From: Rhodocyclaceae bacterium | Lineage (GTDB): Bacteria; Pseudomonadota; Gammaproteobacteria; Burkholderiales; Rhodocyclaceae | Assembly (NCBI GenBank): GCA_023383815.1 | Contig: JAHDYG010000008.1 | Coordinates: forward strand, 35,474-99,473 | Direction of reading: 5' to 3' | DNA: 64,000 bases | Shown here: positions 58,836 to 64,000 of the stretch, one piece after another | How the letters are laid out: each line of letters begins with the position of its first letter | How positions within the stretch are numbered: the stretch's first letter is position 1 | The notes under the pieces: generated by a model | The model's input: only the letters and a program-made list of their open reading frames with translations | The model's database searches: none | What the model was told of the DNA's origin: nothing | Translations under genes and position numbers: made by a program

Positions 58836-59840
58836 GCGCCCTTCCCCGATCGCGTGACAGGCGGCGAGCTGGTTTGCCGAGATCGGGACGAGTTCGGGGG
58901 CTTCGCGGCGGCAGCGTTCGGTGGCGAGCGGACAGCGGGGGTGGAAGGTGCAGCCGGACGGTGGAGTGATCGGGTTGGGGACTTCGCCGGTGACGGTGGT
59001 TTCGCGTCGCCCGCTCATCGTGATGTCGGGGATCGTCGCAAGCAGCATGCGGGTGTAGGGGTGCAGGGGATCTTCGAACAGCGTGCGGCTGTCGGCGATC
59101 TCGACGAGGCGGCCGAGGTACATCACGCCGACGCGGTTGGCCATGTGGCGCACGACCGCGAGGTCATGGCTGATGAAGAGGTAGGTGAGGCCGAGCGCGT
59201 CCTGCAGGTCCTTCATCAGGTTCAGGATCTGCGCCTGGACCGAGACATCGAGCGCCGAGGTCGGTTCGTCGCAGACGAGGAACTCGGGGTTGTTCGCGAG
59301 TGCGCGGGCGATGCAGATGCGCTGGCGCTGGCCACCCGAGAATTCATGCGGGTACTTGCTGCCGTCAGCAGGAGACAGGCCGACCTGGGTCAGCAATTCG
59401 GCGACGCGTTCGGAGATTTTCCGCGCGTCGCGCATCAGTCCGAAGACGCGGATCGGTTCGGCGACGATGCGCTCGACGCGCCAGCGCGGATTGAGACTCG
59501 CGTAGGGGTCCTGGAAGATCATCTGGAACCGCCGTCGCAGGGCCTGGCGCTCGGTGCCGGAGGTGATCTTCGCGACGTCCTGGCCGTCGAATGCGATCGA
59601 GCCGGCTGAAGGCTCATACAGCCCTACGACCAGGCGCGCGACGGTGGACTTTCCGCAGCCGGATTCACCAACGAGTGCGAAGGTTTCGCCGCGGTCGATC
59701 GTGAAGCTCACCCCGTCGACCGCCTTGAGCCAGCGCCGTGGCTGGCGTTCGAGGATGCGGTTGAGCAGCGGGCGCGAGACGTCGAACACGCACTTGAGGT
59801 CGGCGACGCGCAGCAAGGGCAGGGCCTGCTCGACGCTCAT
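58821..59840 (-). CDS. ABC transporter ATP-binding protein (DppF/OppF-like)
   Basis: Walker [10 protein letters not shown], signature FSGGQRQR, and the C-terminal oligopeptide-type extension (FHPRCP). Confidence 0.9.
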   Translation of the reverse strand: MSVEQALPLLRVADLKCVFDVSRPLLNRILERQPRRWLKAVDGVSFTIDRGETFALVGESGCGKSTVARLVVGLYEPSAGSIAFDGQDVAKITSGTERQALRRRFQMIFQDPYASLNPRWRVERIVAEPIRVFGLMRDARKISERVAELLTQVGLSPADGSKYPHEFSGGQRQRICIARALANNPEFLVCDEPTSALDVSVQAQILNLMKDLQDALGLTYLFISHDLAVVRHMANRVGVMYLGRLVEIADSRTLFEDPLHPYTRMLLATIPDITMSGRRETTVTGEVPNPITPPSGCTFHPRCPLATERCRREAPELVPISANQLAACHAIGEGRSTQR

Positions 59841-60880
59841 GGAGTCGGCTCCGGATTCGGGGAGGGGGGGTACAGCCAGCAGGCCGCCCGGGTTGGTCCG
59901 GCCGCCATGAGATCGGGGCGCTCAAGGCGGCAGCGCTCGAAGGCATCCTTGCAGCGCGGATGAAAGGCGCAGCCGGTGGGGATCGCGTTCAGGCGCGGCA
60001 TCGCGCCGTCGATCTGGACGAGGCGATGGACGTCGGCACCGAGTACCGGGATCGAACCCATCAGGCCGCGCGTGTAGGGATGCCGCGGATGCTGCACGAC
60101 TTCGCGCACCGGGCCGATCTCGGCCAGCCGCCCGGCGTACATCACCGCGACCCGGTCGGCGGTCTCCGCGATCACGCCCATGTCGTGCGTGACGAGGATC
60201 ACCGCCGTACGGTGTTCGCGGCACAGCCGGCGCAGGAGCGCGATGATCTGCGCCTGGACCGAGACGTCGAGCGCCGTGGTCGGCTCGTCGGCGATGATGA
60301 GCTCGGGCGCAGCGCACAGCGCCAGCGCGATCACGACCCGCTGTCGCATGCCGCCGGAGAACTGGTGCGGATAGTGGTCGATGCGTTGCTCGGGCGCCGG
60401 AATGCCGACTTCGGTGAGCAGATCGAGGGCCCTCCGGCGCGCTGCCTGGAGGCCGATGTCCAGATGCGCGAGGATGGTCTCGGTGAGCTGCTGGCCGATC
60501 GTGAACAAGGGGTTCAGGCTGGTCAGCGGATCCTGGAAGATCATCGCGATGCGCCGCCCCCGGATCTCTCGCATCGCGGCCGGCGGCAGGCTGTGGATCG
60601 GCTCGCCGTGGAGCAGGATCTCGCCCCCGGCGATGCGCCCGGGGGGTTCCAGCAGGCCGATGATGGCCGCTCCGGTCAGCGACTTGCCGGCGCCCGATTC
60701 GCCCACCATGCCGAGGATCTCGCCGCGCGCGACGTCGAAGGAGACATCGTCGATCGCGACCAGCGTGCCGCGCCGGCCCGGAAACTCGATGCGCAGCTTG
60801 CGCACCGACAGCAGGGGCGGCTCTGCCGCTGGGCTGCTGTGAACGTGGGCTCCGGTGGCTGCGAGCGGGCGCTGGCTCAT
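59837..60880 (-). CDS. ABC transporter ATP-binding protein (DppD/OppD-like)
   Basis: Walker A GESGAGKS, signature FSGGMRQR, and FHPRCK. ATGA overlaps on both sides. Confidence 0.9.
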   Translation of the reverse strand: MSQRPLAATGAHVHSSPAAEPPLLSVRKLRIEFPGRRGTLVAIDDVSFDVARGEILGMVGESGAGKSLTGAAIIGLLEPPGRIAGGEILLHGEPIHSLPPAAMREIRGRRIAMIFQDPLTSLNPLFTIGQQLTETILAHLDIGLQAARRRALDLLTEVGIPAPEQRIDHYPHQFSGGMRQRVVIALALCAAPELIIADEPTTALDVSVQAQIIALLRRLCREHRTAVILVTHDMGVIAETADRVAVMYAGRLAEIGPVREVVQHPRHPYTRGLMGSIPVLGADVHRLVQIDGAMPRLNAIPTGCAFHPRCKDAFERCRLERPDLMAAGPTRAACWLYPPSPNPEPTP

Positions 60881-61833
60881 CCGCGCAACCTCGGATTGAG
60901 CGCATCACGCAGCCAGTCGCCGAGCAGATTCACCGACAGGGCGAGGATCAGCAGGGCTGCGCCGGGGAACATCACGATCCACCATTCGCCGGAGAACAGG
61001 AAATCCTGTCCGACCCGGATCAGCGTGCCCAGGCTGGGCTGGGTCGGCGGGACACCGACCCCGAGAAACGAGAGCGTCGACTCCAGGATGATCGCCAGTG
61101 CGAGCCCGATCGTCGCGATCACCAGCACCGGACCCATCACGTTCGGCAGGATGTGGCGCACCAGGATCAGCGGCGCGGGCACGCCGATCACGCGGGCCGC
61201 CTGGACGTACTCCTTGTTCTTCTCGGCCATCGTCGAGCTTCGCACCGTGCGCGCGTACTGCACCCAGTCGGACAGCCCGATCGCGACGATCAGCACGTAG
61301 ATGGCGACGCGGTCCTGCATGGCTGGCGGCACGATGCCCTTGAAGACGCCGAAGATCAGGAGCGCGATCAGGATGGCCGGGAATGAAAGCTGTACGTCGG
61401 CCACGCGCATGATGAAGGCGTCGACCCAGCCCCCGACATAGCCCGACAGCAGACCCAGCCCGATGCCGAGGACGGCAGCGAATCCGACCGCCGCGAAGCC
61501 GACCAGCAGCGACACGCGCGAGCCGTAGAGGATCGCCGAGAAGATGTCGCGCCCCTGCGCGTCGGTCCCGAGCCAGAAGACCTTGCTCGTGAACTCGTTG
61601 GGCTGCATCGGCGGCGTGAACCCCTCGAGCAGGTTCAGGGTCGCAGGATCGAAGGGGTTCTGTGGCGAGATCAGTGGCGCGCACAGCGCTGCGGTGATGT
61701 AGACGAGCGTCACGATCGCCGCGACGACGGTGACCGGCGAGCGCGTGAAACTGTAGAAGAGATCGCTGTCGAGCAGGCGCGCAAGGAGGCTGGCGCGTGG
61801 CGGTTCGGCGTGAAGCTCGGTGCGGGTGGTCAT
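60877..61833 (-). CDS. ABC transporter permease (DppC/OppC-like)
   Basis: ATG at 61833-61831 inside ORF 60877..62316, 318 aa, multi-TM with an EAA-type loop. Confidence 0.85.
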   Translation of the reverse strand: MTTRTELHAEPPRASLLARLLDSDLFYSFTRSPVTVVAAIVTLVYITAALCAPLISPQNPFDPATLNLLEGFTPPMQPNEFTSKVFWLGTDAQGRDIFSAILYGSRVSLLVGFAAVGFAAVLGIGLGLLSGYVGGWVDAFIMRVADVQLSFPAILIALLIFGVFKGIVPPAMQDRVAIYVLIVAIGLSDWVQYARTVRSSTMAEKNKEYVQAARVIGVPAPLILVRHILPNVMGPVLVIATIGLALAIILESTLSFLGVGVPPTQPSLGTLIRVGQDFLFSGEWWIVMFPGAALLILALSVNLLGDWLRDALNPRLRG

Positions 61834-61853
61834 GGTCGTTGGGCGATCCGTGC

Positions 61854-62837
61854 TCAATGGCCGCGGCCCGGGCGCTGGGCGCGCAGGCGCGGGTCGACGG
61901 CGAAATACAGCAGATCGACGATCAGGTTGATGACGACGAAGATCAGCGCGATCAGCACCAGGTAGGCGGCCATGACCGGGATGTCGACGAACTGGATCGC
62001 GGTGATGAACAGGAGCCCGACCCCCGGCCACTGGAACACGGTCTCGGTGATGATCGCGAACGCGATGATCGAGCCGATCTGCAGGCCGGCGATTGTGATC
62101 ACCGGAAGCAGCGTGTTCTTGAGGGCATGGCGGAAATGCACGGCCCGGTCGGACAAGCCGCGCGCGCGGGCGAACTTGATGTAGTCGGTGCGCAGCACCT
62201 CGAGCATCTCGGCGCGCACCAGGCGCATGATGAGCGTGAGCTGGTAAAGGCCGAGCGTGATCGAGGGCAGGATCAGCGACTTGACCCCGGAGGCCGTCAG
62301 CAGCCCGGTGCTCCATCCTCCGAGCTGCACCACCTCGCCCCGTCCGAAGGCCGGCAGCATCTTCAGCTCGACCGCGAAGACGTAGATCAGCAGGATCCCG
62401 ATCAGGAAGGTCGGCAGCGACACGCCGATCAGCGAAGCCGACATGATCAGGTGGGAAAGCCAGCCTTCGCGCCGGAGTGCGGTATAGACCCCCAGCGCGA
62501 TGCCCAGCACGAGGGCTGCGGTGCCCGAGATCAGCGCGAGCTCGAGGGTCGCCGGCAGGCGCTCTGCGATCACGTCGGCGACCGGGCGCTGCATGCGGTA
62601 GGAGATGCCGAACTCGCCGCGCAGCGCATTGCCGACGAAGCGCGCGAACTGCACCGGCACCGCGTCGTTGAGTCCGAGCCGCTCGCGCAGCGCCTCGCGC
62701 TCGGCGAGCGTGGCTTCCTGGCCGACCATGTTGTGGATCGGATCGCCGATGTAGCGGAACAGGCCGAACGATACCAGCGCGACCGCGAGCATGACGAGGG
62801 TCGACTGCAGCAATCGGCGGAGGATGAAGGCGATCAT
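61854..62837 (-). CDS. ABC transporter permease (DppB/OppB-like)
   Basis: 327 aa, with the MIAFILRRLLQS N-terminus typical of the family. Confidence 0.9.
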   Translation of the reverse strand: MIAFILRRLLQSTLVMLAVALVSFGLFRYIGDPIHNMVGQEATLAEREALRERLGLNDAVPVQFARFVGNALRGEFGISYRMQRPVADVIAERLPATLELALISGTAALVLGIALGVYTALRREGWLSHLIMSASLIGVSLPTFLIGILLIYVFAVELKMLPAFGRGEVVQLGGWSTGLLTASGVKSLILPSITLGLYQLTLIMRLVRAEMLEVLRTDYIKFARARGLSDRAVHFRHALKNTLLPVITIAGLQIGSIIAFAIITETVFQWPGVGLLFITAIQFVDIPVMAAYLVLIALIFVVINLIVDLLYFAVDPRLRAQRPGRGH

Positions 62838-62884
62838 GTGGGGGGGGCTGCGGATTCCGGTCGGCCGGGGATGCGGACAGCCGC

Positions 62885-62910
62885 CTTGCGGCGGCCGTCC
62901 TGCGCTGCGC
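62885..62910 (-). other. Hairpin between the binding-protein and permease genes
   Basis: GGACAGCCGCC-TTGC-GGCGGCCGTCC with one mismatch. Confidence 0.3.
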
Positions 62911-62926
62911 GATGGGTCGGGTGCCC

Positions 62927-64000
62927 TTACTTCTTGTACTTCAGGAGCTTGAAGTAGGGATAGTTCTCGGACTGGACCGGAAAATCGATGTTGTCCTTCA
63001 TCGCCCAGTTGAGCATCTGATGGTGCAGCGGCAGGTAGAGGACTTCATCCTGCACCGTGTTCCAGACCTTCGCGACCATCGCGGCGCGCTTGGCGGCGTC
63101 GGTCTCCTGGGTCATCGCTGCGATCAGCGCGTCGATGTCGGCATTCGAGTAGCCGGTTGCGTTCCAGGCCCCTCCCTTGTCCGACTTCGTCTCGACGAGG
63201 TAGTGGAAGACGTAGTGCGAATCCATCGTCGGCACACCCCAGCCGAGCATGTAGAAATCCAGCTCGCCCTTGGGCAGCTCGGCGAAGTGGATGCTCTTCG
63301 AGCGCGCGTCGAGCCGGACCTTGACCCCGATCTGGCCGAACATGCCGGTGACGGCCTGGCAGATCGCCTCGTCGTTCACATAACGGTCGTTCGGACACGA
63401 CAGCGTGACCGAAAAGCCGTTCGGGTAGCCGGCTTCGGCAAGCAGGGCCTTCGCGCGCGCGAGGTCGGGCGGGGTGACCTGGTCGAGCGCCTTGGTGTAG
63501 CCATCCACGAACGGCGGCAGGATGATGCCGGCCGGCACCGCCTGGCCGCGCATCACGACCCGCTTGATCGCGTCGCGGTTGATCGCGATGTTCAGGGCCT
63601 GGCGTACGCGCTTGTCGGCAAACGGATTCTTGCCCTTGATGTCGGAGGTGCGAAGCTCCGGAAGCGCCTGCTGCATGCCGAGGAAGATCGTGCGGTTTTC
63701 GGGGCCTTCGCGCACGACCAGACCCTTGGCGCTGCTCAGACGCTCCAGATCCTGCACCGGCGGATCGAGCAGGAAGTCGAGCTCGCCTGAGAGCAGCGCG
63801 GCGACGCGGGTGGCTGCAGACTTGATCGGCGTGAACACGATGCGGCTCACTTCCATCGGGTAGCTGCCCTTGCCCCAGTAGCTGTCGTTGCGGACCAGTT
63901 CAGTGCGGACGTCGGGCTCGCGGCTGACGAGCTTGAACGGGCCGGTGCCGTTTGCGTTGCGTACGGCAAAGGTTTCCTCCCCGGCCTTGAAGTTCTGCGG
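62927..64000 (-). CDS. ABC transporter substrate-binding protein, family 5 (N-terminus outside window)
   Basis: The frame stays open to the window edge. The translation upstream of the ORF-track Met reads ...NANGTGPFKLVSREPDVRTELVRNDSYWGKGSYP, which is typical of SBP_bac_5. Confidence 0.85.
   Translation of the reverse strand, partial: PQNFKAGEETFAVRNANGTGPFKLVSREPDVRTELVRNDSYWGKGSYPMEVSRIVFTPIKSAATRVAALLSGELDFLLDPPVQDLERLSSAKGLVVREGPENRTIFLGMQQALPELRTSDIKGKNPFADKRVRQALNIAINRDAIKRVVMRGQAVPAGIILPPFVDGYTKALDQVTPPDLARAKALLAEAGYPNGFSVTLSCPNDRYVNDEAICQAVTGMFGQIGVKVRLDARSKSIHFAELPKGELDFYMLGWGVPTMDSHYVFHYLVETKSDKGGAWNATGYSNADIDALIAAMTQETDAAKRAAMVAKVWNTVQDEVLYLPLHHQMLNWAMKDNIDFPVQSENYPYFKLLKYKK

Noticed and set aside
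58821-64000. The PepT-family ABC transporter as the NikABCDE nickel importer controlled by the NikR at 29.3 kb.
   Set aside because: The family cannot be sub-typed (dipeptide, oligopeptide, nickel or glutathione) by eye. It lies 29 kb from nikR, and its promoter region is outside the window.

Overview
High-GC proteobacterial chromosomal segment. Gene content and order fit a denitrifying betaproteobacterium of the Rhodocyclales/Burkholderiales type, but that taxon is an inference. All family assignments come from reading the translations and recognising motifs from memory. No database search was run.

I can support about 65 protein genes. They are tightly packed, and many have 1-, 4- or 8-nt start/stop overlaps.

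Layout:
- (1) 1-15.4 kb, housekeeping: a helicase fragment, thiSG, trmB, sppA, a minus-strand array (Ser/Thr kinase-PP2C-rph-rdgB-hemW), yicC, a SAM methyltransferase and gmk-rpoZ-spoT.
- (2) 15.4-29.8 kb, a [NiFe]-hydrogenase accessory and regulatory island: hoxV/hupK-like, hypA, hypB, a short hypF, hypC, hypD, hypE, hypX, hoxA, hoxB, hoxC, hoxJ and nikR. No energy-conserving hydrogenase structural genes occur anywhere in the window.
- (3) 29.8-32.1 kb, a zinc-starvation module: zur, a Cys-poor dksA2-like gene and a COG0523 GTPase.
- (4) 32.1-36.1 kb: a MocR regulator divergent from a LysE exporter, a DUF3460-like small protein and a DnaQ-exonuclease/GIY-YIG (Cho-like) fusion.
- (5) 36.1-52.9 kb, nitrate respiration: a Cys-less Crp/Fnr regulator, narXL, napFDAGHBC and ccmABCDEFGHI.
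- (6) 53.0-58.8 kb, poorly characterised genes: a 135-aa hypothetical, a secreted pentapeptide-repeat protein, a DUF2249-like protein with a Gly/Cys tail, a 502-aa lipoprotein, and an AMP/thymidine-phosphorylase-family gene coupled to a Prs-like gene.
- (7) 58.8-64.0 kb: a peptide/nickel-type (PepT family) ABC transporter that runs off the window edge.

I recognised no rRNA, tRNA, CRISPR array, transposase or integrase, and no obvious novel multi-gene defence-type system. The most unusual items are the 'orphan' H2-sensor plus maturation island that directly abuts spoT, its candidate sigma-54 promoter, and the uncharacterised phosphorylase/Prs pair. The many long ORFs on the opposite strand of real genes are high-GC artefacts.
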